Source: Phyllosticta citribraziliensis (taxonomy: Eukaryota). Taken from it: a DNA stretch of 64,000 nt. This document shows, piece after piece, positions 1-12,377 of the stretch. Numbering within the stretch: position 1 is the first letter of the stretch; each line of letters begins with the position of its first letter. The notes beneath the pieces are model-generated. The model made no database searches, was not told the origin of the DNA, and saw only the letters and a program-made list of their open reading frames with translations. The stretch lies in NCBI RefSeq assembly GCF_038025025.1, contig NW_027117341.1, positions 930,001-994,000 on the forward strand, given 5' to 3'. Both the position numbers and the translations under genes were made by a program.

Positions 1-2606
1 AGCTCTCCTCATAGTCCGGAGGCGGGCGCCCGCGCCCGCAACGCGGCTTGCTAGCTCCAACGTAATGAGCATTTGCACTTTTGGCTGATACCTTGCCAAT
101 AGAGTGCCCCTGGATGCTCCGGGTACGTTAAGCTACAGGCCAACCTGCAGAGGAAAAGCTTTGGATAGCCGTTAGGATGGAAACATATCAAGGGTAGACC
201 CATCTCGCATCGTAAGATGCCCCCTTGCCCTCTTGTCGTAAGGGGACGATGCGGCGGACCGTGTCACCTGTGGATAAAACCGATCAGGCCTTGAGTAGAA
301 GGCGGCCAGTGGGTTTGCGGAGAAGATTCGACCAAGCGTGCAGCGACTTGGCCGAGAGCTGCAGCCGATGGTGTCAAGGACAGGCATGGCGCGGACGTGC
401 GTGGGCCAGCCGGCGATGCTGCAGGCTGCCCTTTGAGTCGCAAATCAGCGTAGTGGTCGAGCAGGAGCTGCATTCTGGTCGCATTCGAGGCAGCCAGTCG
501 TCGATGAGGGCGAATTTCCGCCAGCGGATGAAGTGACTTGAAACACTCTAAGAAATCTCCACACGCTACCAGAGACCTCACGAACGGAGGCTGCGAGGAT
601 CTTGGCGAATCTTTTTGCGCAAGTCGCTAATGCAGGCCAGAGGCTTCTTCACCCTCATGCAGGCTCTCGTCTCGCCAGTTCCAGTCATGGACATCCGGGC
701 CAGCCGACATGGACTGATTGATTCTGACGAGCCCGTGGACCTGGGTTGCCAACGGCTATCTCTTTGCCGCCTTGACCAGGTGAAATTAGATCTCTCCTCG
801 GAGGACCGATCTCCTCGTATTTACCGCCGGGCAATCGAGCTTAAAGCTACCTCACAAAATGACCTGTCACGTTCGTTGTTTGCCGGCAAGTTGCAAGCTT
901 GCAGCGGCTACTCGAAAAAGAAGCTGCAAACATCAATCCACAAGGGCCAACTTGCCATGAAAATCATTTGACATGCATCCATCGATCGGTGATGGAACCC
1001 CATGGACGTAGAAGCTTTATGAGGCAAACTTTGGATGTTTGCCACGACTCGGCGTTTCGTTTCTTTTGCGAGACTGAGACCAACGTGTGAACAGCTACTC
1101 AGTTTACCCTCCAATGTTGAGCGTAGGCTTGGGGAGCATTCATCCGCTATCACAGTTGCGCCAGACACACAATGAAGAAGAAGAAAAACATGCATCAGAG
1201 TAGCGCAAGCATCACGAGGGGCTTTTCCAGCGACAAGAAAGTCCTGACTGCTAGAGTTTCGACAAGCTTCTGACAAGCACTAACGAATACTACCGCACGA
1301 CAGCAGCACAACAAGAAAACGTAGCTCGTGCTTGTCAGATTATGCTCCAACTGATCAAAAACGATATTTGGTAGGGACAGAAGTCAGCCGAAGACGTCGC
1401 TCTACGCGGTCACAGTTTGCTCTGCTCCGCACGCGCGAAATATTTTGTCTCGCCAGACGCCTACTACAAGGACTCAACTTTGTCAAAGTCCAGTCGCGAT
1501 TTCGCGTCCTCTCCTCAGCGAAGTAACTCACATGACGTTGCGAGCGCTCTCACGCTTGTACGTGGCTTGCTCAAAATAGAGCACCACATGGCAGCCACTC
1601 GATGATTAGGGGGTTTAGTAGCGGCAGTAGGGAACTCGGCACACTAGAACCAAGGCAGGTAGATGAGCAACAGCGAAGATCCCAACAACTCGCACTGCGA
1701 CGTCCGTAATTAGACAGTGGTGAAGACATGTTCGAGAATCCATCTATCCAAGGGATTTGCATACTTCGTGGCAGTCTCCACCATATTGGCCTGTTGCGAG
1801 AGAGCTGAAAGAATTTATCTTGGCCACCCACTCCCGTGCCGCAGTGCATTGCCGGAGGCGCGAGAAAGCCACGCAGACGACTGACACGACGCGACCCCAT
1901 CCCATCCCTTCCATTCTCCAAGCTTCTTCCCCAAGCAGAGCACGTCAACGCCAACAGCGGCTCATGGCACAGCATCATCCCTCCAGAAGAGGTAGCCGCG
2001 CGCTCAAACAAGCAACAAGACCGGCGCACGGGATGCGTCAGTTGCCTAACTGGGCGCTCTTGGGCTGACACGCGGACCGGACCTGGATATTTTCGGACCA
2101 GATGCAAACGGCACGAATGGACCGCGGACGTGGGAGGGACTGTCCTTGGGCACAAGAAAAAGGGGCAGACGAGTTGGAGTTGACCTTTGGCGGCACTGGC
2201 GCGCAGGGCAGCGGATGGATGCGTGGTCGAGTGCGCGAGGCGAATCTCTTGGGGTTGGCTGCTTGAGGGCGAAGTCATGGCAGCACCCAGCGACGGAAGT
2301 GGCGAAAGAAGAAGCTGTGCAAAATACACGGGCAAAAGTAACATCATCGCCAAAACCTCCGCTGTGCATACACAAATGGGAGCCAGAAACGCACCCAAAC
2401 CCTCCTTCTAGGCAACATTACCTAATGCCCTCCTCACAGCGGCGCCCTTCACCCGCAGCCTTACTCACCGGCGCACGTCCCTAACAACGAGCCCCGACCC
2501 GTCTGCCCGACGGGCCCCCCGCCGCGGCCGCCATAACTCTCCACCACCAACGAAAGGGGGGGGGGAAGCATCCTCCCCATCTGTGTACAATTACAAACTT
2601 CACACT

Positions 2607-2650
2607 TTGCTTGCCTGCTTGCCTGCTTGCCTGCTTGCCTGCTTGCCTGC
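2607..2650. repeat. (TTGC/CTGC)n microsatellite
   Basis: ttgcttgcctgcttgcctgc... tandem array. Confidence 0.85.
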
Positions 2651-5600
2651 CGTCGTATATCATAGACACCTTAACCTTGCTACCCGCCCCTCCTTCAACT
2701 CCAACACGACCACGGCCACGACCGACGACCCACCCCAGCCCCTCCAGATGCCTCCATGGCCCATCATCATCCATCATCCCAGTCGGCCAATCCGACGTTG
2801 AAAGGCGCCCCATCAACACCAACAACGGTCTAGGAAAGATTGTGCTTGGTTGCCCGCCGCCGTCTCCTCCCGTTCACCCACTCCCCTTGTCGTTTGCCGT
2901 CCGGCCCCTACTGCCTGTCGCCAGCTTAAGCTTAACGGCCGCAGAGTTTACGAAGGCGCGATCTAGACTCTGATTGACCTTGTTGCCGCAGCACTGCTAC
3001 TCTTCTGTTTACTTACTCCCATGCCACGGTTGCCGCAGGCAGAAAGACTGTTGACCGTCGATCTTCTTCCCCCTTTTCCTTATTTAGAGTGTAGAGCATT
3101 CACTGTAGGCGCAGCGTCCATTGTTTTCGCGTGCGGTGCGCCCGCCGACCGTGGCGCCCTGGGAGAGATGAAGCTCGCTGCGAGCAGATTGTCGTCGTCT
3201 GCTCTTGCTTGTTGATGTGCCAGTGTGTGGAGACGAGCTCGGCAGGTCCTTCATCCCCTGGCTGGCTGGCTGGCTGGCTGGTTGGTCGGGCAGCGCGCGC
3301 GCGTGGCAGCACACTCGTTGCTGGCGGCGGCTGACGGGAGGGAGCGAGCGAGCGAGCGGGACGAAGAAAGGGACAGCAGCCCCCTTCCCCAGTTCCGTGC
3401 TGTACGAGACGAGCCACCCGGGATAGGGTCCACAGCGAACGAGAGAGCTGGCGAGGCTTCAAGGCACGCATGCAGGGATGAAGTGCCCAAGGTCATAGCC
3501 AACTGACGGCACCTAGCCGTGCCATGTGTGCGTGCCTGAGGCTAGCGTGGGTACCACTGCACTGCACCGCATCGCGCCTTGCCTACCGTCCGTCCGTCCG
3601 TCCATCCGCCCGTTCGTTCGCGTCAGGCACTGGCGTTGGGGTGTACCTGCTGCTGCTCGTGCCGGTTGATGCATTTGCGCCGCTAGCCTGTCAGTTTGCT
3701 GGACAGGCATGAGTAGTTAGTTCCTTAGATGGCTGGTTAGCCAACGAACAGTGCCGTATAGCACTTTGTACGGCTGGGGGGAGGAGTCCAGAACCGGGAA
3801 ATACACGTGAAGCTGTGACTACATGAGAATAATGGACGGATGGCGGTTGAGAGCCGCAATTGCCGTGCGGCTCAAGGGTAATGATCTGGAGAGCCTCACA
3901 TATCGCAGGTCCATCGAGAGGCGCGTGGCACATCAGCTAAGAACGTACAATACAAGAAAAAGAACCGTATAGGTCTGGGCTCGGGGAGGACTCGGGAGCG
4001 AGGGGCGTCAAACCTTGGCTAATCCTCTCCTCTCAATTGTCTGCGTGCGGCGGGTAAGAGAGGGCAAAAGCGTAAGAGGTTAAGACGATAGAACCTTGCC
4101 CCCATCAACCTAACGCCGCGGCTGATCGACTACCCGACAACGATGAGGCTGTCAAGATTGCAGTACCTGCTCGGGGCCCAGTGTGCTGGCCCGTTTTGAA
4201 CAGGGCCTGCAGGACACGAACGCCAGAATGGGGCGCTCGAGACCATAATAGGGATGGGTAGCCAGAAGCGGGATGCAAAAAACTATGGCGGGCGAATCCA
4301 AGCCCATTGCTTCCAGGGGTGGGGCTAGTAGACGCGCAGTCGTGATCATAAGAGACTTTGCCCTTCCGACATGCTTAGTTGAGTTTTGAGGGGAATGGAA
4401 GAGGCTCACGAATTAGAGTGCCGAGAAGCCACTGCCTAGATTGGACCTTTAAATCAAAGGGGTGAGGATCATGCTAGAGGAGGGGTTTCCGCTCATGGTA
4501 ACTGCGTGGTCGGGATGAGGTGGTTTGGTCAGGCTGCCCCAGGCAGGTTGGCAACGGGTAGGGCAGCGAAACATGCGGAAAAGGATACTCGAGGTGCGGC
4601 AAAGTGGAAGAAGGGGGATGGCGGACGAAGACGATGGACGGGCGGGTGAGGCGGGAGGCGGCCGGACGACGGGTGAGAATGGCCGCCGCGGGAGGGAGGT
4701 CGTGCGTTGCTGGCGTTGGTAGTGGTCTCGACGGTGTTGCACGCAGCCAGCTCAGCGGCTGGACTTTGCTCTCTGAGTAGCAGACCACGACAGACCGTAA
4801 GCCGCATTGCGCTTCGTTGAGCCCAGGAGCAAAGCAGGAGTTGGCTCTTCGTGACAACAGCTTGACTAGCGTGCGCAACGGTTGGAACGGTCGAGGGTTT
4901 AATGAACAAAGGAGGTTGGTAGGAGCGGAAACACGGTGAGCTGGATGGTGAGATGGTGAGGAGCGTTTAGCATAATGGCGCATTCGAGATCGCTTAGACT
5001 GTCGTACCAAAGCGGCAATCTGGATCGAGGTTCCTGTATCATGGGCTCAGCGGGGGGAAGCCGGCAGGGCTAGCCGTGACACTCAACTCTGTTCATCCTT
5101 CAACTCTGCCAGGCGAATGAATCGCCCTGCTGTAATGAGGCGGATTGATGACAAGGAGGGGAAAAAATAACAATATCAATGCCTTGTTGAGTATCGCCGA
5201 GCTCCACGCGGCGACGGCGTGTTTCTTGGTCGGGCATCGGAACACGGCGGTGGGCCTGCGATCCCACTGCTTTTGCCCGAGAGTTTTGTTCTTTGCCTCG
5301 GACAGAGGGGATGGTCTGACAACTGACACAATCCACTCCGCTTGTGTAACCGTTCCAGATGTTGCCATTTCGAATCGCACGAGAGAGCGCTCCCGCTTTA
5401 CTGCGAGTCGCAAGCACCTCCACTCAGCCCACCACACTGGCAGGGACGCAACAGGTAGCAATGAGGCGCCTGCGCGCTATTACAATCTGGCCGCCGACTC
5501 GGCCCTGCTTGTACACGAGAGCATTGCGACGGGCGAACCGCATTTTTTGCATGTGCGACTTGGAGGCTATCGTGGAATATAGCATCTGGGTGCCCACTGC

Positions 5601-7515
5601 TGCTCAGCCGCCGTTCTCGGCCTCCGCCCTCCACAAGACGTGAATGGCAGAGCAGAAAATAGGATGCGGCTGATGTCATAAGGCAGCCCGCGCCCGTCTA
5701 CAGGTCCATGAGGCCCGGTCCAACGTTTTGTCGCTGCGAAGTGGACATGACTGCCTGAGGCTTGCGAAAGTCTCCGTGCCAAAGGTTAAAGACGATCCAG
5801 ATAGGTCCATCCGGTCGGCGATAAGCTTAACGTCCAGCATGAAGGGCCATAAGGATGTCCCGAAATAGTAGGGGCCCTGCCCGGCTGATCTAGTCTGTCT
5901 CAGATAGAGACAGGCTGAGGCCTCAAACGTCATGATCCATGCACAGGACTCCCAAATCATTATTGCACGGCACCAATATCCTCAAACCACTGTACAGCCA
6001 CGCCGAGAGTGCTGGAATCATCTACACGAAAAGGTAAAACATCGTTTGGAAAGGGGTTTGCAGCCCTTTACAATGTTATGGAAACCGAAGCTTCATTCAG
6101 GCAATGTTGAAGCTGTCGATGAGGACTTGCCAATAATAAACAGCCAGTCCAAAGGGAGCGGCTCAGGGTTTGTAGACTTGTCGGTCTGACGCAACTGACA
6201 TGTCTCGAGTCCCCCGCTCTCTTTTGATTCCATGCTGGAGGCAATCAGGATGCCCGAGCAGGGGAAAGGGCGGACCGGGACCAAGTTCAAGGACCAGCTT
6301 CGCTACAGGGGAGGTGAAGGAGGCTAGGAGGGTCTTGGGTCGTGGTGCTCATGCCCATGCGCTCGAGTAATTGCCGCAGGTTTGCGTCTTCTCGAGCTAG
6401 CGTGGTCCTGAGGTATAGTGATGAGTAGATGGTGGACAGTCTGAGCGCTTGCAGATTGTTGCGGAAACCGCGCCCGACAGCAGCGTGGGTCCAAGAGAGG
6501 TGACGGGCCATGAGGGCTTCATGCGAGAGGCGTCTAGCTTGCCTGTTCTGTGCTAGTGGCCGTTGGGGTGCACCGCGCAGCTCCGCTGCTCCAGAGAGGT
6601 CGCATGACGGGGTTCGTCCCGGGAGAGCAGCATCAGCACGTATGTAGGAGTGGTGAGGAGCAGCATCAGAAGGCAGAGCCCAAACGGGGACAGGTCCGGC
6701 GTGCGTGGGAGCTCGGCCCGCCAAGTTGTCAAGGACCAAACAGCTGACCCAGCTCGGGCCGCGCTGGGCTTGTTTTGGACCCTGGTGTTGCAAGCAGCGA
6801 CCGGAAGAGAGAGAAAAAATAAAAAAAGATTGAAGAGCAGAGGTCAGAGCGAGCTTCAGCTGCGAGCCCAAAGTGGAGCCTCGGCGAAGATGATGAGTCG
6901 CAGCGCGATCTTGACCCACAGTAGTTTGGGATATGAGATGGGGCGAGATTGGCGATGAGGAAGGATTGTGTGACTGGAGGTTGGGTGGGAGGTGGATCCG
7001 TGCCCGTTGATGACGGGACGGGTGGTTGCCTGCAAGCGAGGGGAGGGGCGAAGGGTGGAAGTGCCTGTGCCTGTGCCTGTGCCTTTGCCTGTATCGTGCA
7101 GTGTCGTCGTAGTTGGGAAGCGCAGCGTTATCGCTGGGTGGAGTCGGCCATTGTTTTTTGTGTTTTGGCGGCATCCTTGCGAGGGATCTGCACGACGGCG
7201 GTCGAATCGAGGGGACATTGCGAATCGTGGCTTGCGCAAGAGCAGCGGCCGGTCATGGAGCAGAGGGGGATGGATGATGCCTGAAGGTTGCGGCAGGGCC
7301 AGGTACAGGTACAGGTACGGCGAAGCAAATTCCAGTTGACAGGATTAGTGGAGCTGAGGCGTGCCAAAGGATGCGGGCGTCCGAAGTTGCCGATCTGAGA
7401 TCTGTATCCTCCGAGCAGAGTACCTACGTGACGTGACGTGGTCATGCACCGACGACGGTTGACCGGTGGGGTGGGGTCGGGTAAGCAGGGCGCGCCAGAA
7501 CGGGAATGGAGGTGT

Positions 7516-7546
7516 AGAGAGGGGGGAGAGAGATAGAGAGAGGTCA

Positions 7547-7597
<51 letters not shown>

Positions 7598-7626
7598 CAG
7601 AGAGTGAGAGAGAGAGAGAGAGAGAG
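7516..7626. repeat. Long imperfect (AG)n microsatellite
   Basis: About 110 nt of near-pure GA dinucleotide. Confidence 0.95.
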
Positions 7627-7862
7627 TGACGCCGGCCGGGGGCATCCGATGAAGTTGCGACCTGAGCGGGTCCGCGCGCGCGGGAGGACGGCTAAGCTTC
7701 CCGAAGCGGCTAGCCCGCCAGTCGTGGCCAACGGGAGACGGGAGCCAGCCCCCTGGGCCTCCAGAGCCCTGGGTAAAGCCAAAGCCATCCATCAGGTCTG
7801 TACCTTCGGTCCTTCAGCTTCGCCGCGCGCCTTGCACTCTGAGGTCCACTCTCCTCCTCCAC

Positions 7863-7895
7863 TGCTCTGCTCTGCTCTGCTCTGCTCTGCTCTGC
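7863..7895. repeat. (TGCTC)n microsatellite
   Basis: About 6 tandem pentamer copies. Confidence 0.85.
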
Positions 7896-8281
7896 CCTGC
7901 TGCTGTCCTGTCGTGTTGCTCTCCTCCATGCCCCTCGTCCGTCTCGTATACGTAGCCGCCCGCTGTGACGAAAAAGAAACCTCCAACATGATGCCAACCC
8001 ATCTGCCCGGTTATGCGCCCGGACCCTCCCTCCGTCATGCCATACCATACCACACCGTACACCCTCCCATGGCCCTTCGCCGCCTCGCTACCTCGTCCTC
8101 GGATTATTCTGGAAACCCCAACAGTCGTCATCCCTTGCTTGCCTCGACGACATTGACCTCATCTCTTCTGAGACTGACTGACTGCTGCATGCGAGGAATG
8201 CGCCGAAACCCTTGCACCCTCGCTCGCTCTCGCTGCGTTACTCGACCGACGCCCGCCCACCCCGGCGCCTACGAGAGTATG

Positions 8282-8300
8282 CCCCCCCCCCCCCCCCCCC
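8282..8300. repeat. Poly(C) tract of ~19 nt (G-run on the minus strand)
   Basis: Uninterrupted C run. Confidence 0.9.
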
Positions 8301-11237
8301 ACCAATACTTCCGCCTCTGGATCAAACTCTGTCGACGTTGTTGGCGCATTGAAACATTCCCACCGAACCCACACGCCCGTCAAAGTCAGCAGTCTGTCGG
8401 GACGACCGTTGTTCCAACCAACGGGAAACCTCCTGAACCATTGCACTGCACTCACTCACTCACGCTTGCTGGCCATCCAATCTTGTGCCTCGCCCGCGTC
8501 TCACGTCGTGCCGCTGCATTCACCCAACCGGCCCGCAAACGCCAGTCGCTTGCATCCCGCGTGCTACCGGCCTCGCTGCAAATTTCTAGGGCCCAACCTG
8601 CCAGACAAAGTAATGACCGCTATGCTCTGCATTCTCTCTCTAGCTGACCGGAAATTGGCGCCTGCACGCGTGTCGCACCCACGGTCCGGGCACGCTGCCC
8701 CATGTTGTGACACCATGGGTGTTGGGATACCACACTGCACCCATCGAATCCCACCCCCCCTTGTCCGAGAGGCTGAGATGAAGACTGCCAAAAGCGCCCA
8801 CATCCCTGTCCAACCTGTCCAGATGGGAGGGGTGGGAAACTGCAATGGTGCGCCTCGACTTCATGCACCAACAAGCCCTGGTCTCTGGCCCTGGCCCTCA
8901 GCTGCGAAGTTCCCTACACTTTGGTCATTGGGTGTCGGGGCGTGCAGCTCACCGTTGCCCCGAATGCCAGGCCTGAGGCGTCCGTAGGCCGGGAGTGGAC
9001 CTGCTGAAGGCGCAAGGCCCCAGGGCGCTGTGACATCCATGACGCCGCAGAGCTCGACAATTGCTATAATTGCGCCTCAGGTAGTCTCGTATAGCAACCA
9101 TCCTAGGACATCTGTCTCCACATCAAGACTTTTTGACGAGACGTGGGTGCCCAAGGGAAAGCATGTCAAATCAATAAATGCTCTCTCAGGCCTTGGGTGC
9201 AAGCGAGCAGGATGGCGCCCCATGTCAAAAGGCGCTCCACGCCGGTGCCTGTCTACGCCGACCGTGCCGATTGGGAAAATATGTAGGTACTGTACGTGAC
9301 GGAATAGATGAACAGTGACATTGAGTGGCGACCGTTGACCAGAGCTGAATCGCTTCCAAAAACAGCGAGTGCCAGGAGCGAGAGGGGAGAGAGAAAAGAA
9401 AAAAGAGGGAAAGAAAAAGAAGAAAAAAAAATGGAGGGAGGGGGGGCCTCTGACGGGCGAAACGCGAGCTGCGGAGGATCCGTCAGGTTTCGTCAGGCCT
9501 TCCTAGATTCCCGATCCCGCGATCTCGCGTCGGCGGCCGTCGCCCTGGTGAGGAAGAGCCTGTCTGCTTGCCTTGGGTCAAAGCCAAGTCCATGACTCGA
9601 GCCGTTCCTCTCACTCTCTCGTCGACAGCCGGAGTGGGCGTAGCGCAACGGCTGCTGTTGCTGTCGCTGGGATGCCATGGAGCTGGAAGCTGGGCGAGCG
9701 GCTATTCCAGGACAGGCTCGCCAGAGCGAGGACGCGAGAACCGTGGCTGGATGTGGCCAATGCCATCCGTGGTTTGCGGCGGCGACGGACGGACGGACAG
9801 GCTGTGGCGCGAGCGCTGTGCTGTGCGAGCTGTGGTTGTTTGCCATTGACGCAGGCGAAGGCGCGGTCTGAGGGGGGGAAAAAACAACGAGAGGCACGGA
9901 GCAGTCTAGCGATGAATGATGGATGATGATTGACAGGGCCAGAAACAACTAGGACGGCCGTGATGACGCTGTGCAGGAGCAGCAACTGCCTCGGCGTTTG
10001 CAACGGTGGGTGGACAGCGCGAGAGGGGCCCAAGTCAGCCACCATTGGGTCGTTGGTGCAGCTGATTTGCGTTAGTGGTACGGTATAGAATTGGCCCCAA
10101 CGGGACTAGCGCGGCTGGGTGTCAAAGTCGCCTGGCGGCAGCGTCAAACCGAATCCTACCAAACACACTTCCTCCCTCCATCTCGCTCTCTCTCCGCCGT
10201 CTGTCGTTCTGCTGCAGGTAACGTGCTGGGTGGCAATTCTCCACGACACTGACTGACACGAGGCTAACGATGTTGGACAGGCTTAGCTTGGGCGGCCGTC
10301 AGAAAATGACGACGTCCAGACCAAACGGCCGACCAGGCGATGGCTTTCCTGACTGTACCTAACGCATCGAGGGTCCCAGCAGGGCAGGGCAGGGCAGGGC
10401 AGGCGGTTCGGGCGGATGGTGGGCGCGCGCCCCAGTCCCTGCGCAGGTCACGTCCTGCCGGCCGTTTTCGAACTGGACAGGACAGGACAGAGAGGGACGG
10501 GCAGTGTGAGTTCTGCAGCCCGTGGCAGCACGGCAGGCTGGCTGACTCGGGGCGGCGCGCACGAATCAGGCGGTCAAGCCAGCATTCCACCTGGTCTCAA
10601 GCCAGGCGCAAGGGGACGGGCTGGTTTCACGGCGACATGGAGGTGCTGAGCAGGGCGCTCCCTGACCGTGGCATGCCATGGCACCCCAGTCGCACATCTG
10701 CGCATCTTACCCGCCGATCTGGGTCCTGGGGATCCACCAGCGAGCGCCCACCGCGCGGACCACCATCCCAAAGGGGCCCCATGCACGACAAATAACCCAG
10801 TCCGCTCTGTCAAATCCACAAGAGCCTGCCGAGACCCTAGAGTCAGCCAGGCGCGCACCCTTCCCGAACCGCTGCTGGCCTGTCCTGTCCGTGCAGAGAC
10901 CCAACGTCTTTACCGTGCCCTTCATATACCCTCCATCTGCCCTCCTCCCAAGGCCATGGTAGCCTATCGCCGTCTGCTCCTCTGATCTCCACTCGGCTTC
11001 TTTTATCCCACTTCACCTCTGTTTCCATTTCGTGTCCCACACATCACCACCATCACCACCAACTTCACCCAGAGGTAAACCATCCCCTTCTGCCTCCAAG
11101 CCTCTGTTGCTTACACTTCACAGCCATAGTCCTCTATCACACTTGGGACCTTGCCGACCTTTTGCCAACGACCGTGTTTCCGTTGGACAGCACATCTTCA
11201 CCTCTCTTCCCATCACCCTCGTACACGATCCATTAAA

Positions 11238-12377
11238 ATGCCCTCCACCGCTCGCCGCGGGCCGTGGTCGACCGCCGAGGACAAGTTCCTCCTCCAAATC
11301 GTCCAACAGCAGGGTGCCAACAACTGGGTCCGCATCTCGCAGATGCTCCGCACTCGCACCCCGAAGCAATGTCGCGAACGATTCCACCAAAACCTCAAGC
11401 CCACCCTAAACCACAACCCCATCACTCCAGAAGAAGGTCAGCTCATCGAGCGCCTGGTCGGTGAGATGGGCAAGAAATGGGCTGAAATCGCCAGGCGTCT
11501 TCACGGACGTAGCGACAACGCCGTGAAGAACTGGTGGAACGGCGGTCAGAACCGGAGGAGAAGGATGTCTGAACGACGAAGGAGCGAGCACCACCACCCT
11601 TCTAGCGCGCCGTCCATGTCGAGCCATTTCAATTCTCCGTTCCAACATCCCCACCACCACATCAACGAACACTATCACTCCTATCACCAGCACCGTCCAT
11701 CTCCCATTTCGATTCATGGACACGCCTTCGGTTCTCGTTCCTACGACACTCCCATTCCATCTCCGTCCGGACAGTCGATCCTCTCTGCCGATGGTGCACC
11801 ATCCTTGGTCACCGACTCCGGTTCCGTCGAGTCTAGATCTCCAATCGAACGGTCTCTCCCGCCTCTCCTTGGGTCCAGGGAGGAGCGTCGCCGCTCAAGC
11901 GTGGCTTTCCTGCCCCGAGACTCATCCTTCGCCATTACGGACGATGACCAACTGCCTTCGTTCCGCCGTTCAGACTCGGCCGACGAAAACAGAAAGCGAG
12001 ATGTCCTGCGGCTCCCAGAGCCTCACAGTACCTTCTCCCACAGCCCGCCGGGTACCCAGGCGCAGCCTCTCTTCAGGGAACCCAACTATCAGCAAATGGG
12101 TCACCGCTCACTGCCTCTGTTGACGCAAGGCTTCCCCGCTTCGAAGCCGCTGCCGGTCGAGCCTCCTCCAACGGCGTCTACCTCGCCAGGACCTTATCCA
12201 CCTCAGCACCAGCTCCCAGGCTTCCACTCCCTCACGCAGCCAGGTCGCCTTCCTAGCATGGCCCTTACTGGGCACCCCAGCCCGCCTCGCGGATCCACCG
12301 CATCAAGCTTCTCGGTGGAGAAGCCCAGGAGCCCTGGCATGAGCAAGCCAAACAACGTGGCATCCATCTTGAACTAA
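11238..12377 (+). CDS. flbD: R2R3 Myb transcription factor, FlbD/RCA-1-like developmental regulator (intronless, 379 aa)
   Basis: ATG at 11238 in AAAATG context. Two tandem Myb repeats (RRGPWSTAEDKFLL..GANNWVRIS..RTPKQCRERFHQNL; ITPEEG..GKKWAEIARRLHGRSDNAVKNWWN), then a Ser/Pro/His-rich tail ending VASILN. Confidence 0.9.
   Translation: MPSTARRGPWSTAEDKFLLQIVQQQGANNWVRISQMLRTRTPKQCRERFHQNLKPTLNHNPITPEEGQLIERLVGEMGKKWAEIARRLHGRSDNAVKNWWNGGQNRRRRMSERRRSEHHHPSSAPSMSSHFNSPFQHPHHHINEHYHSYHQHRPSPISIHGHAFGSRSYDTPIPSPSGQSILSADGAPSLVTDSGSVESRSPIERSLPPLLGSREERRRSSVAFLPRDSSFAITDDDQLPSFRRSDSADENRKRDVLRLPEPHSTFSHSPPGTQAQPLFREPNYQQMGHRSLPLLTQGFPASKPLPVEPPPTASTSPGPYPPQHQLPGFHSLTQPGRLPSMALTGHPSPPRGSTASSFSVEKPRSPGMSKPNNVASILN

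Noticed and set aside
172..695. Possible two-exon minus-strand gene (putative intron ~581-431)
   Set aside because: An in-frame join is possible, but the product has no protein-like features or recognisable homology.
7466..8647. 393-aa ORF
   Set aside because: Built from (AG)n, (TGCTC)n and poly(C) repeats, with a non-ATG start and no domain.
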